A stretch of 64,000 bases of DNA. It comes from Camelus ferus. Its lineage: Eukaryota. The translations under genes and the position numbers were made by a program. Below are positions 1 to 13,900 of the stretch, piece by piece (the first letter of the stretch is position 1; every line of letters begins with the position of its first letter). The notes under the pieces were generated by a model, which was not told the DNA's origin, made no database searches, and saw only the letters and a program-made list of their open reading frames with translations. The stretch covers positions 59,956,001 to 60,020,000 of the forward strand of contig NC_045696.1 of the NCBI RefSeq assembly GCF_009834535.1, given 5' to 3'.

Positions 1-79
1 GCTGTGGAGCGGGTGGGAGCAGACTTTATGGCAACAACAAAAAGAGAAACGTGCTCCGCTAGAAGCAGCACACACCACG

Positions 80-860
80 GCCTCTGACGTCACCCTCCAC
101 ATGCAGCTCTATGGTTTCCAGCTCATTCTGCTCTTTCTCCCTTTGAAAAGGGACCCTCGTGATTCCTCTCCGAGTCCTGCCCCCTTTTTCTCAATGTGAC
201 ACAAGGCCAGTGTCGTGTGTGTGCACCCAGCGCCCCACCTCTGAGCTCACCGGCACCCTCGGCGCGGCGAAGCTCCGCACCGGCGAGTTCCCACAGTGAA
301 GAATTCGGCGCAGCAGGAAACAGCGTAAGTCAAGATTTTACCCCGTGAAAGTCGAGTACGACAGACTCGATTCTGCCAGGCGTTCCATTAAACGTGCCCT
401 TTCCGTCTTGCTCCCTCCCCAGCCGACAGCCACGCCAAGGCCATTTCCTCTGTTCCGTGGCTCCACTGCGATCCTTTCAGGATGTCCCCAGTCGGCCTGC
501 CAGCTCCAGGGGAGGCCGAAGTCAGCACCACACTTAGTCACGCGTTGCATGACTCATGTGAAATCCACCGCAAACTGCGGAGGCGGCGAGGTGAGGCGGG
601 GAAACGCACAGTCCGGTCAGTGCTCCGACCCGGCTGGGGGAAGAGCAGGGCCCCTCTGCCGGCCAAAGCGCGCACGCACGTCCACACCGCACCCCAGGCG
701 CCGGCGGGCCCCGATCCAGGAGACGCGAGGGGGCCAAGGCCCAGGCCGGGCCTTCCCATTTGCCAGAAAGGACGGCAGCCAGTGACTCGAGTACTAACCA
801 ACGTCGAGCACCAGCGTATCCGCAACACGGCTGCCACCAGCTAGGCTCTGCTCCGAATAC
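80..860. promoter_or_regulatory. Intragenic CpG-rich element in ITGB5 intron 8 (candidate enhancer or alternative promoter)
   Basis: CpG density visibly above flanking intron; CRE TGACGTCA at 85-92; palindromic AP-1 ATGACTCAT at 549-557. Confidence 0.5.
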
Positions 861-3439
861 CTTGCCTTTTCACATTTCTGTATGTAATACCTGTCTTTAA
901 AATATCCGCTGAAGGGAAGGGCAGAAGTAGGGAATTACCAAGGGTCCCAGCGTTTCAGAGCAAAGGACACATTCAAGGTCTTGGTGGTGGTAATGGTTTC
1001 ACAAGTGTATAGAAGTATAAAAACTTATCAAACTATACACTTCAAATCTGTACAGTGAATTGTATGTTAATTACCTCTAAATCAAGCTGTTTCAGTTTTC
1101 CACTGATTTTGAATAGTCATTGTGCATAGTATTCCGGACACGCTCATTTTAAGAACTGAGTTTCAAGCGTTCACTCCTAAGTCATATGTCTGGTTTCCTA
1201 ATATGCTCTCTTACAGTTTAACTCAGAGTCAAGCTGCGGTGCTAGATTCCCAGAGCTCCTGGGGGGCTCAACCCGGGTTCCAAATGTAGCTCCTGACTTC
1301 CTCTACTTCCTCTACTCATCTGGGTCCCACCGCTTCAGTCCCAGAGTGGGGTTCCCTGCTCCTCTCCTGACCTCTGCCCACCCCAGGCCCCTGGATTTCC
1401 ATTAAGAAAACGAATTTACCTTGCATGAGTCCTGCGCAGGGCCAAGGCAACAGTGAGAGCAGCACTGAGCACCTGAGACCCTGCCCAGGGAACCACAACC
1501 GTCTCATGCATCCTGGTTTTCAGTGGACCCGCACACAAGTATGGACGTGCAGACCACTTGGCCACATGCAACGCTGACTAAGCGAGTGCCTTCCCCATTT
1601 CTGGGGAACACCACCCTGCCAGTCCTTTAGAACTGAGTATCACGATGCCCTCTTTTATCAAAGCCACAAGGATCGGGGACCTGGGCCTTTGGCAGAAAGC
1701 ACTCCTGGGGGAGCCCCAGAGGTCCGCCAGCCAGCCGCCCAGCTTGAGGCCCAAGGCAGCACAGTGAGGAGTGACCCTCGGGATGGGGGCCACATTCAGC
1801 AGGCCCAGCCCCTCCCTCACACACACTCTCTTCTCAGACTTTCAGTATGTCACACTTCCATCCGCTGTAGAAATCTGAAAGCCACAAAGTGTAGCTAACC
1901 TGGAAACCTAGTCTCACCAGGTTCAGAGGTGGCCCCTGGATCTGGTGAAGATTTCAAGGTCAGAGATCAGAAAAGAGGATGTTAGTATGTGGGGAATTAA
2001 GTAGAAAAGGAGAAGGAAGTCTTGAGCTTCTCTCAATAGGAAGTTCCAGGAGTGAGGAGGAATTGGAGCACTTGTGAGAGGAAGAGGGCCCTGAGCTGCA
2101 GCAGAAAGCGGGGGTGGGGAGAAGGACGCAAAACGAGCCAGAAATTCTCACTGTTGCCCCCTCACTGCCTTTAAGACACTGAGGCTCCAGGAGACCAGGT
2201 GAGGGCTGACCACGTCCCAACCTCCAGGTCCCCCGTGGTCTAGCTGAGCAGTATTTTGCAGCTCAGAACAAGGCTGCACCAGTAGGGTGACAAAGTCAAC
2301 TAGCAAGGCAGAGTTCCAAATACACATGTGTACATCAGTCACTGGAAAGCACATGGTTTTTCTAACACCCAGGGGATGCTGTAGTGGTTAATCAGGTCCC
2401 CAGGTTAGCCCACAAGTCTATTCTATATAAGTTTACAACCACTAGTGTTACTCAAACTATATATACTCTATGTAGAACTTTGTTTTAACAGGAAGATGCA
2501 CGCTGAATTCCAATTTGGGAACTGCCTGGCCCTGTGAAGGGCTACGTGGGGACTGGAGGCTACGGCCACACTGGGACGTCACGGGGAGGGGACAGCTGAG
2601 GGTACATACTTGCCAGCACAAGAAACTGCTTGCCATCGTCTGGAGAAAAAGTAGGTCTGAGTTGAGTACTTCTTGGGTATCAGGATTGAGGGAAAGGAGG
2701 GTAGGAATGAGACACATTTGGCAATCAGGGACAACTGGCTTGGGAAGTGACAGTGCCACCTGACCACTTATGTGCTGTACTTCCTAAAGCAGAGCCAAGT
2801 TAACATGATGCGTTACAACAGCACAGAATTTAACAGCCCCGCTCAGCCTCCCTCTGAAAGGACCTGATTACAGTCAGATCCTAAGTGTGCAGGCAGAAGA
2901 CCTGGTGTTGATTCTTCTCAGGTTCTTCTGTTCTGTTTCAGTCTGCAGCTCTGTGTGGAGCTCCAAAAGCCCGGGGAATTTCAGCCCTGCCCACTGGGAG
3001 GCGAGGTCAGTGTGCACGCTTCTCCCTTCTCAACACAGCAAGCACAGTGGCAGCATCGTCCCAGCAACTGGATAGGTGAAGAGCATCTGTACCCACCCGA
3101 GCCTAGAGCTCCGACGGGGCCTGGGGTTATCACCGGGTCAGAACCCAAGCACTTCCAGGGCCGCCAGCCTGAGCCTGACTGAGCCACGTGCTGCTTCACT
3201 GGGATAAGCTTATGATGAGAGTCAAGGAGGCGGAGATGAGGGGAGAGGGATGCACCAAGCAGGATGCCCTCTCCACCCTGAACCTGAGTGAAGGAGGAAG
3301 GCGCCAAACTCAAGAGGCAGGAGGCGAGAAACAGAACCAAGTACACCAGCACGGTGGTGCACGATGGTCCACACCAGCTCAAGGAGCCTCAGTGGGAGGC
3401 GGGGTGGGGGGTGTCGCAGGGAAGAAACCGGTGACTTAC

Positions 3440-3529
3440 ATTGTATGCATTGATGATCAGTTGAATAATATTTTTGGAGTCTCCATGTAAAATCTCCACT
3501 GTTGTTCCAGGTATCAGGGCTGTAAAATT
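3440..3529 (-). CDS. ITGB5: ITGB5 exon 8 ([30 protein letters not shown]), 90 nt; gene continues beyond window start
   Basis: End of beta-I domain; long polypyrimidine tract with CCAAG| acceptor and donor AAT|GTAAGT. Confidence 0.96.
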
Positions 3530-4912
3530 CTTGGAGAAAAAAAGAAAGAAAACAAATAAGCCCATTTTGCCTTCCCATACTGTCAGAGTGAACACTGGCC
3601 TACTGAGCTAGAACAGTCAGGGCCCCGGAGTGAAGGGGAAACTTTTCCAAGCGTCTCAAATACAGTGTCTTTTCTCAAAAGGGGACTGAGACATGAATGG
3701 TGCCTTCCAAGGAGGTCTGGAATCGCTGGGTGACGTCCTGTGGCTAAGCAGGCAGCCCTGAAGTGGCTGTCTTTCCTCTTTCACTTGTACTAATGCCTAA
3801 GTATGTCACTCACTAAAGTGACAAAAATGTCTAGAAACACCCACAGCCCTCAGCCTGCCTTGGACTGGATGAGCCTCCTCCCTGAGGAAGATGTTCTTGG
3901 TTCTAAGCAAGGATAGCTTAGCCAAGGTGGGGCTGTCTCTTTCCCCTTGAAGCATCCAGAGGCATTCTCAGTACAGTCTGTGCAACTGATCCCTCTAAAA
4001 ATGGTCCTTATAAATGGGTATGTTCTATCCTGCTGTTTTCCACTAAACAAACCAACAAAAGACAAACAATCCTCTTTCCTTGTTTTCATATTCTAAAATT
4101 GATTCAGACTAAAACAAGATGAAGAACTCAAGAAGATTTAAGTGGCATTTTATCAGTGATAATCTCGAGTAGGAGCACTAGAAACACATTATCAGCAAAG
4201 GTTGTTTTGTGGACATTCAAGAGTAAGGAGAGGGGACCAGGGCTGGCAGTCCCAGAGGTGTGGGTTCAGTTCTCACAGCCTCTCAGCGTGAAGGGTGTCA
4301 GAGCTGAGCTGGGCCTCGCACCTCCACAAGCCTCCTCAGGTAGTTAGGTGGAGAGTCCTAGTAAAAGGTGACTTGCCTGTGACTCTGTGGTCCTTGGGAT
4401 GACCCAGAAAAATTCTCTTTTAGACAGAATAGCCTTATAAACAGACTGCTCTGTTCACTCAAGACATTTACTCTTTGCTTCGGAAATTCCTGTCCCAGAT
4501 TAACCCACGGGTCTCCTGTCCTCTGCGGGAAGGCATAGAACTCTGGACTACGCAATCAGTGATGGAGCCTGCTGAGATGCCTAGTTCTTTCTCTGTACAC
4601 TTTCATTTCATATTGTCCTTCCCTATTCCCTGATGTTTCCATTTCATCATCTGGAAGATAGGAATCGGTACTATTCCCAAAGTTTTTCTCATTATCAAAT
4701 TAGACACCATATGTTTAACGTCCTTGGTATGCACTGTTCCTTAAAACTACTACTTTCCCCTGGATGAAGACAGGGCTATATTCCACTCTCCTCTGGATCT
4801 CACTCCGCCTCCCTACACTTCACCTGAGCCCACATTCCTGTCTCCCACTCATCTTAGGGTCAGCATGGCCCCCAGGTTCATGCCACCAGGCTCCCACTCC
4901 CTCCAGGTATAC

Positions 4913-5008
4913 CTTGTAGAGCATATAATGGTTTTTTGTCACTGCAAAGATGAGGTTGATGTTGTTCTCTGCCAGTTTCTCTCCAAGCAAGGCAAGCGAT
5001 GGATAGTC
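4913..5008 (-). CDS. ITGB5: ITGB5 exon 7 ([32 protein letters not shown]), 96 nt
   Basis: Translated by hand; DYPS and IFAVT motifs; acceptor CCCTAG| and donor AAG|GTATAC. Confidence 0.96.
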
Positions 5009-6476
5009 CTAGGGCCAAGGCAAAAATCAAGGCTGTAACATTTCTAGCAGGCTGAGACACTAGCATCTGGCTCCAGCATGCACTCAGTAGCTCATCTTGC
5101 CATGATAAGCGTCTTTCCCTGGCAGTCCCTTAATAACCAAGCCCCGGCAGCTCCTAACTGAGGAACTATGTCGGGGAGACCCTCCAGGATAGGACCCTCT
5201 GGCACCTACCAAACTAGACTCACTCCTCCCACCCCTCCCAACCCAGAATGGAGAAGTGATGATGGAGGTTTCCCACACCTGGCCCATGTCTCCATCCCTT
5301 CAGCAGAGATGGGGCAGAGTGGGGAGGCCCCCAAAAGAACGGCCATCACATCCTACCATCTACCAGCAGCACCCTTCCTCTCTTCCCTAAGACCCATCTC
5401 CTTGCTCAATTTTCCTTTTCCTATGCCCAGTGTTGGGCCTGCCAATGTCCCCCACAGGTTCTGCTCAGTCCTGCTCATGGCTCAGAATGGGCAGAAGAGG
5501 CTGCTGACATTATACTAAAAGCCGGGCTGTGGCAGGGGAGGGGAGGGGATGCAGAGCAGAGAGGGAGGAAAGGAGTTTGTAGGGGAGTGAGGAAGAGGGG
5601 GCGGATGCTGCAAGCAGCTCAACAATGTCCTGAAGGATTTCAAGGGCTGATCACGGGTCCAGGGTCCTCATCAGGGAGGTTCTATAGTTATCAGGTCCTT
5701 TTTCCAGACTCTGTTACTCTTGGGTAATATGGAAGTCTTGAGCACTGACCACCTTTTGAAACTAGAGAAAATGGGCTAGTCCAGCAAGAATTAGAGTTTC
5801 TCTCTAGCCAGACACTAGAATGGATTTGGGAAGGAAGAGGGTGTAGATTTGGGGGAAAAAATTGTACAGCAAATGTGGAAAAATCTTAATTGTTGGTTCT
5901 GGGGATGGGTAGGTAGAAGTTCATTTCACTGGTCAGTTATTATATGTTTGAAATTTTGCACAAGTTCTGTTTCACTGCGTGGTCATAGTGACAGTAGTGG
6001 GAGTGGAAGGTCCTCGGGGCTTCCCCATGTGGGTCACCTGCCACCCTACCCCCGACACTGACGGAACTCAGGGCCTCAGGGAACCCGTTTCTAGAAGTCA
6101 GACAGTTTTGTCTTCACTGCCCTTGCCCTAGAACATCTATCCCAGTTTGGGCTCTGTTGAACACAGTCCTCTCCCTCCTGTACCATCACCTCTCCCACTC
6201 TCTCTCCTGCCTCCCTGGGTCACCTCTTCCCTGACTCAGCAGTCCCCAGGTTGGAAAGATGAACCAGCTACAGAGACCCCTGGGAAATGTTCTAAGTAAA
6301 TGAGGAGGAGGAATTCTGGAAGCCCACCCCCAGGTGGAGAAAATGGAATAGAAACCCGGTCCCAGGATGGATGGGAAGGTCAGTGAGCAGGGGTCCAAAG
6401 GAAGGTGGCACAGGCCAGGTGAGGCCTCAGACCACAAGGAGGAGGCAGGAGCGGTGCCGGGGTCCCAGGCCCTCAC

Positions 6477-6638
6477 CATCTGGTTGGACGCAGTGTACTC
6501 GTTGGCCTCATTCAGGTGGCACTGGCCATCGTGCGGCTGCACAAGGCCCCCCAGTTTTCCATCCAGCGCAATGTGGGGCACGTCATCCGTTGTGAACACC
6601 AGCAAGTGCAGCGCATCCTTTCGCCAGCCGATCTTCTC
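6477..6638 (-). CDS. ITGB5: ITGB5 exon 6 ([31 protein letters not shown]...ASNQM), 162 nt
   Basis: IGWR...LLVFTTD...DGKLGG integrin-beta motif; acceptor CCCCCAG| and donor ATG|GTGAGG. Confidence 0.98.
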
Positions 6639-8559
6639 CTGGGGGCAGAGTGTGATGGTGAAAAGCCTTTCTGGCTGCTGCTGCCCAAGCCTGCGGGCGG
6701 GGCGCTGGTCCATCTCCAGGGGTCACAGACTGAATCAGAGGCATTTCCTCTGTGCACATGGCAGGGGAGCCTCATACAACCACTGGGAGAGGGGATCCCA
6801 CAGAGCTCAGAAGAGACCCAGCTTGACCGGCTGGGGAAGCCCAGCTGCGGAGACCAGTCTCCACGGTGTGGCCCACACAGGCTGCGAGCCTGGACCCCTC
6901 CCTCCAGACCGTCCCACTCTTCACCGCTCCTACTGCTCTTCACCTGATGGCTACTCCTCCAGGATGCCTGCTATTCCTTCCCCAGAACAGCCTTGAGCCC
7001 ACTCCAGCCTCCCTACAACATGCTCGGCTGGCTGCCCTTGTCAAAGATGACCGGTAAGTGACCAGTTCAGTCCCCCCAGGTAGGCACAACTCACTCAGAA
7101 CAGAGTGCGCCAATGACCAACAGACAGATCTGTCTTTGGAGGATCCGGTAAAACCTGCCATCCTTCCTGTAGATGCAGACCGCTCCAGTCATTCCTTGAA
7201 CTACCCTGGTGCTTAAGGCCAATCAGGTCAACTCTCTTCTCCCTTCACTGCTTCACGTGTGGAACGTAGCCACCCTTCAGATGGAGGCACAGCTGAATAC
7301 AGGCTGTACTGCGAAGAAAGGTCTCTGTCTTTCATATGTAGTCACTGTGGCCCCAACACTGCACAAAAACACTCCCAGTCACTATTGTTAGGAGCAACTA
7401 GACCCTGATACAGGCCAACAAAAACTGGGATAGGGTCGCCTCCCTACCAGTAGTGAAAGGGCATCCCAAAATATGTGGGTAGCAGGGTGAATGCAGGAAG
7501 GGTTTACGCATTGCTGAGTTATCTACACATGCACACTTGACCCTGGAATAGGAGACTGGATTCACAGACTTTAAAAGTTAAAAGCTATCACCTAATGGCA
7601 GATGAGGGGTTGAGGGTATCATCCTCTCTTTCTTATCACCACAATGATGGATAAAGCAGCCTTCAAGAGCTATGACGTTTCCTCACTTGCTCCAAGAGTG
7701 GCATGGAAATAATTAAGTCACAAGAAGTCAGAGTAACACGAGGAAGAAAAGGGGGTTTGAAAAGAAGCCAGTGAAACTGAAAGCCAGGAGGCCAGCTGTG
7801 AGCAAGGAATTCACTTTTGGGGAATCAGTTTCCCAGACTCTCAACAGTCATCCTACAGACAATTACTGACCGCCTACTGTGTGCAGGCACCACAGAAGGC
7901 ACTGGGTCTACGAGACAGCTTGTTCCAGACCTCAAAAAGCTCGCAGTCAAATGGAAACACAACTTTAACACATCACGGTAAGCATGCCGATGAAGGTAAA
8001 CAGACTGCCAGTGGAGCCCGGGGAGGAGGAGGGGGGAGCTTCCTACGGTAGAGGAAACGTAAGCTGAGCTGAAAGTGAGGAGGATCCTTCACGGAAGCTG
8101 GAAGAAGAAATGACGGGGAAGGAAGGAGGGGGAGAGGGGTTCTAGGCGCTAGTAAAGGCACGGTGAGGAGGTGGGGGTGGAGTCGGGGGCTAATAACTGG
8201 AAGAGGTCACAAGAGTGGCTGGTAATGTTCTGTTTCTTTACCTGGTAGCTTCACCTTGAGAAAATTTACCAAAATGCATTCTTATACTTCTCCGTATGTA
8301 TATTATACTTTGAGAAAGAGCTTAAAACTTTTAAATAAATAAAGCAATCATTATAAGCCATGGAGTGTGGAAGGGAGGGGAGTGGGATCCTTAGAAGTTA
8401 AAGCATAATCAAGAAAGGATTTTTTTCTGGCGTGGTGGGGGAGGGCAGGAGAAACGTGGATCTGTTATCCAGAAGGGCAGAGCAATGTGCTAAACACCCT
8501 AACAGGAAAGCAGAGGACCAACCTTTATTTTAACAACGTGTATCAAGAACCTTAAAGAA

Positions 8560-10110
8560 AATGAAACCATTAAAGAAAAACAAAGATCATTTTCATGGAT
8601 TGGAAGAGTCCATGTTGTCGATGTCATTTTTCCCCAAATTGATCTACAGATTTGACACAATCGCAATCAGAAGCCCAGAAGGCCTTTTTGAGAAAGTGAC
8701 AAGCTGATTCTAAAATGTATATGGAAAGGCAAATAATGAAAACTAGACAACGAATTCTGAAAAAGAGCAACAAAGTTGGGGGATTCATTATCTAAGGTCA
8801 GGACTTACTGTAAAGCTACAGTAATTGAGACAGTGTGATACTGAAAAAAGGATGGACGTATAAACCAGTGGAACAGGACAGAGACTAGAAACAGATCCAC
8901 ACATATAGGGTCAATTTCAAGGTAATGGAATAATTAGACATCCATATGGGGAAAAAAAAAATGAAGCTCAACCCATACCTCTCACTATGTACAGAAATTA
9001 ACTCAAAGTGATCACAGACCTAAAACTATAAAAAGTCTGAAGGAAACAAAGGAGAAAAGCCTTGTGACCTTGGTATAGGCAAAGATTTTTTACATGATTC
9101 AAGAGATAAAAATTTGATGAATTGGACTTTGTCAAAATTAAAAACATCTGCTCTTTGAAAGATACCACCAAGAAAACAACAAGACACAGATTGGGAGAAA
9201 ACATTCGCAAAAAATAAAAATCTGATAAAGGACTTATGTCCATAATATATAAAGAACTCTCATAGATCAGTAACAACACAAATATCTGAATTTTAAAAGA
9301 TGGAGAAGACGGAGCCTTGAGCAGACATTTCACCAAGAGATGTGGATGTTAAGCCCATGAAATGATCGTCAACCTCATTAGTCATTACGGAAGTGCACAT
9401 TACACTCACCACGAGGTTGCCGTTAGATGGCTACTCCCAACAGCAGACAAAACCAGCCCTGAGAATACCAAGCGCTGGGAAGGGCATAGAATAATTAGAA
9501 AGCTCATAAATTGCTAATGAGAATACAAATTGTTTCAGCAACTCTGGAAAACAGTTTGGCATATTCTTAGGAAGTTAAATATACACTGACCTTCAATTCA
9601 GCGATCTTACTCTCTGGTATTTACCCAGGAGAAATGAAAACTTACGCTCACATAAAAACTTCTATGCAGACATTTATAGCAGCTACTCATAATCACCAAA
9701 TCTAGAAACAACCCAAATGCCATCAAGTGGTGAATACACAGACACTGTAGTACATCTCTACAATGGAACAGTAGTCAGCAAAAAAGGGAACAAACTACTG
9801 GTACATACAACTTGGATGAGTCTCCAAAGCATTATGTTCAGTGAAAAAAGCCTGACTCAAAAGGCGATTTACTGTGTAACTCCATAAGATATTCAGGGAA
9901 AGACAAAAATACAGGAACAGAAAACAGACTGAGAGCAAAGGGTGGCTGAGAGCAAAGGACGAGTCAACAAGAGATGGGCACTAGGAAACTTCCTGGGGTG
10001 ACAGAAATCATCTATATCTTAATTGTGGGGGTAGTTACAAGACATTATGGCTAAAACGAGTGAATTTTACTCTGCATCAATTACTGCCGAATAACCTTGA
10101 CTTTAAAAAA
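8560..10110 (+). mobile_element. Old LINE-1 (L1M-type), ORF2 C-terminal part and 3'UTR, decayed
   Basis: Degenerate ORF2 remnants (WIGR...FPKLIYRF, YCKATVIETV, LNPYLSL) followed by typical L1M 3' sequence; boundaries approximate. Confidence 0.8.
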
Positions 10111-11789
10111 AACCCTAAAGAAGTATGTATCTTTTGACTCAATGATTCTACTTCAGGAGTCTCCATCTGCAAGAACCTTTCTGAAGTACATACAGCAGTA
10201 TTTTTACTATTAGTGACAGAATAGGAAAGATGTGAACACCCTACTATTCGGGAACAGTTAATTAGACTGAGATCCGTCCTCTTCAGCCATTAGAAACTAT
10301 GTTCACAAAAAGTATGAAATTATGTATAAACATGTACATAAAGTGAAAAACAAAGAATATAGTACTGCAATTGCAGTGTGATTGCAAACTGTGAGAAACA
10401 AGCACCACTCTCTACTAAAAAGAGAAGAGATGAAAACAAAAAAACACCATAATGTGGTTGGGGGTGAGATTATAGGTGGTATCTTTTCCTTTTTTTCCAT
10501 TTTTTCCCAAACTGTCTTTAATAAGCAAGTGCTAGTTTTACGAGACTAGGCTTTGAATGCTGGCTCTGTCGTATAACTTTTTCAGCCTCCTTTTCTTCCA
10601 TGCCAGCTTCTCAAGGGACAGGTAGGGACCCAAAGGAGGGTGGAAGTGAACAGACAGAATGACATGGAACTCAGAAGCTTGAAGATGGGCATGTGAATTT
10701 TTTGCCACTACCAGTTACCTGTGTACCTTTGACCAAATTATTTAATACCTCAAAGTTTTTTCTTGTTAGGAAGACAGGCATAATACTACTTAACGTTTAC
10801 TGATCACCTCCACTACTCCATTACATCTTCACAGTCCTTGTGAAGGAGGTAACATATTGCCATCTTGGAGATGTGGACATTGGTGTTTAGGGGCATTAAG
10901 TTACTAGACAATAGGTACTGAATTAGTAAGGACCAGAGAAGTCAGATTCAGATGATCCACCTCTCTTACCCACAAAGCTAAACTACCCCATCACACAGGG
11001 AGAGGGGAGGGTGTGTAACAACTGGGATAATTCATGAAAGTACACGGCAGGTTCTCAGTGATGACGGCTGGATCCAAGAGAAAAGGTTGTTGAATTGCAA
11101 GACTGCACCTGAGACAGAAGCAGCTCCACAAAGGAGAAGTGGCACGGTGTTGTAGTAATAATGCTGCCTTCTCTGAAGTGGACTCTTCTTATGTAAGTGA
11201 AGTTAATAAACATGGCCCAGAGGCCGGGCTGCAGAGAATGACATGCTTATTCGTTACCCAGGCTTTTGGGCTTGGAGATTTTATAAAGAGTGACTCCACA
11301 GAGAATTTACACTAGAAATAATTTTCCCACTATGTGTCTAGACTATCCTGAAGGCTTAAGTTCTGTATCCCACATTTGGGGCAGAGAGCAGTAGTAGGAA
11401 AGCGGATTCTTTTTTTCTTTTTTTTTTTTAGGAATAACTACAAAACAGAGTATGGCATGGGGGCCAGCATATGAGAGCTTTAGAACAGACAAGGCTGAGT
11501 TCAAGTCTTTGCTTTGTTTTGTGAGACCCTAAGTCAGTCACTTCACCTGTCTCAGCCTCAGTTTCTTCATCTGTCAAACAGAGATAATCCTACTTCGCAG
11601 GGTTGATGCTGGTTTAATGAGTATTTAGCACGTAAGGGGAACTAAAACAAGGATCTACAGTTATTACTCAAATACTAGTAATACCTTTTGCATTTCTTTT
11701 CTTCTCCTTTTGTTGTTTGATGTCTGAGGCTCCACAGTTGTTACAGGGACTATGAAGAACTCCATACCAAAAAGTTTAAAAGCATTGTA

Positions 11790-12520
11790 TTAACTAGAAC
11801 CACAGTGAGCTTCTACGGCACACCTAACAGAATGACTAAAAATTAAAAAGACTGACCACATCAAAAGCTGATGGAGATGTGGAGAAAATGGAACGAGCAT
11901 ACACTGCCCATAGGAATGTAAAATGATACGTGCACTTTGGAAAACAGTTTGGCAATTTCTTAAAAAGTTAAAACACTGACCATGTGACCCAGCCATCCCA
12001 CTCCTAGGGGTTGACCCATGAGAAATAAAAGCATCCATTCACACAAAGACTTGAACACATTTATAGCAGCTCTATTTGTAACAGGCAGAAACTACCAAAT
12101 ATCCATCAACAGGTGGATAAACTGTGGTGTATCCATACAATGGGATACTACTTGGTAACAAAAGGAATGAATGGAGACACTCAACAGCACAGATGAAGCT
12201 CAAAACTATTGTGCTGAGTAAAATTAACCAGGCTCAAGAGTATACACTGGATTTTTAAAATTTTAACGAATTCAGACTAATACATAGTAACATGACAGAA
12301 AGCAAATTAGTGGCTATTGGGGTAAAGGGGCAGGAGGCGCAGGGGGGAATACTCTTTGGGAGGAGAAGGGTCTATGTTCATCATCTTGATTGTGATGAAG
12401 ATACAACTCATGGGTGTGTATATATATGGGTGTGTATACATACGTCAAAGTTTGTCAAACTGTACGCTTTCAGTATGTGTAGTTTATTGTACATTGATTA
12501 TATCTCAATAAAGCTTTTTT
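11790..12520 (+). mobile_element. Old LINE-1 3' fragment (L1M-type)
   Basis: CTTTGGAAAACAGTTTGGCAATTTCT, CCCACTCCTAGG, TCCATACAATGGGATACTA and terminal ATCTCAATAAAGCT motifs; boundaries approximate. Confidence 0.75.
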
Positions 12521-12689
12521 TTTTTTTTAAGAAGTCTTGGTTTGCTCAAAAAGTCATTTAAATACAGTTAATAAGTTGACTAGACTGAATATCAGGACTG
12601 TGCTGGGAATACCACGTATGCATATTCCTTTGTTTTTTGTGGTACCCACACAGCAGCTGGGAGTGGGGGCCCCACGTCTTCCCTTGGCT

Positions 12690-12850
12690 TGTCTTTGTGA
12701 CCTTGGGCAAGTTACTTAATCTTTCCCAGTCCCAGCTTCTCAGCTGTAAGATGGAGATAATAAGAGTACCTAGAATAGGGCTGTTGAGAGGATTAAACAA
12801 AATTATATACACGGAGCACCCAGCTCAGTACCTGCATGGAGTAAACAGTC
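12690..12850. mobile_element. MIR SINE (similar MIR cores near 11470-11640, 17480-17650, 20880-21010, 32020-32250, 52125-52330, 58700-58800)
   Basis: MIR core TGTGACCTTGGGCAAGTTACTTAATCT...CAGCTTCTCAGCTGTAAGATGGAGATAATAAGAGTACCT...GTTGAGAGGATTAAA. Confidence 0.7.
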
Positions 12851-13799
12851 AAGGACGGATAGTGGCTGTCCTCGGTATTTCGATGGAGATGAAAACCTGT
12901 GACTTAAATTTGTAATCCAGAGACACACAATCTTATTTTTGGATTGTAGGGTTATGGGTGATGTTTATCTCCTTTCTGCTTATCTGCATTTCCTACATTT
13001 TTAGATTGAATATATTCTCTTTTTATACAAAATTATTTTAAGAGGAAAAAAAAAACCCCAGAAATTTGTTTAACTAAACTTTTCTCCAAGTCTCTGGGTA
13101 AAGACAAGATTTTTAAAAGCCAGTCTCATCAAACATGATGGCAGTCAGCCCTCAGATGAAAATGTCAGGAGTGGGCGGACGGAAACGCACTGGACTCAGG
13201 AGCCAGAAATCCGGCGTCTGGCCAAGATGGGAGTTCACTTGCCTTCTCTTTATTTGCTGGTTGAATCTGCATCAAATCCACTACAGCATCTGTTTCAGCC
13301 TTCCAACTTCCAGTTCCCACGTGCACTCAGGAGGCAGCCCGCAGACACAGGTAACAGGACTTGTCTCCATCTATTCTAGTCACTCAGTGCCCCAGCTCCA
13401 CAGCCCTAGGATGCCTTTCTGTCATAAACAAGTGGGACGTCCTCCTGGCCTGTCCTCTGTCTCACCGCCCCAAAGGAAGGCGTGTTCTCCCTCCCCAAGG
13501 AAATGCAGCCCCCAAATCCCACCCTCTCGGAGAATCTGTTCTATAAACCAGTGTCCCCTCTGTTTCTGTTCCTTGTGCCTGAAAATATGCTTATGACTTA
13601 TGATAAATAGCCCTGCTTGGGACCCAGCATCTCTTATCACATGTCTCAAACACTAGCAGACTGGTCCTCAATCCCACATAAACAACCTCTCCACACACCC
13701 CACTCTCTCTCCCAGGCGGTTCTCAGTCGCCATCTCCCTCCCTCACACGCACAGTCGTTCTCTGTCCTGCCTGCACTTGAGGGTCCTCGAGGGAGCTTT

Positions 13800-13900
13800 G
13801 AGGATGCTGATGCCCAGTAGTTCTCATGTGACCTGCAGCCTGGCCACTGAGGTTTGTAAAGCTCCCAGGTGACTCTACTGTACAGCCAAGGTTGACAGCC
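13800..13900. mobile_element. MER5-like hAT DNA transposon remnant
   Basis: AAAGCTCCCAGGTGACTCTACTGTACAGCCAAGGTTGA resembles the MER5 end; family from memory. Confidence 0.45.

Noticed and set aside
6367..6996. 209-aa plus-strand ORF, and similar antisense ORFs over exons 3 and 5 (43960-44451, 24881-25150)
   Set aside because: Antisense shadows of ITGB5 exons; no independent coding features
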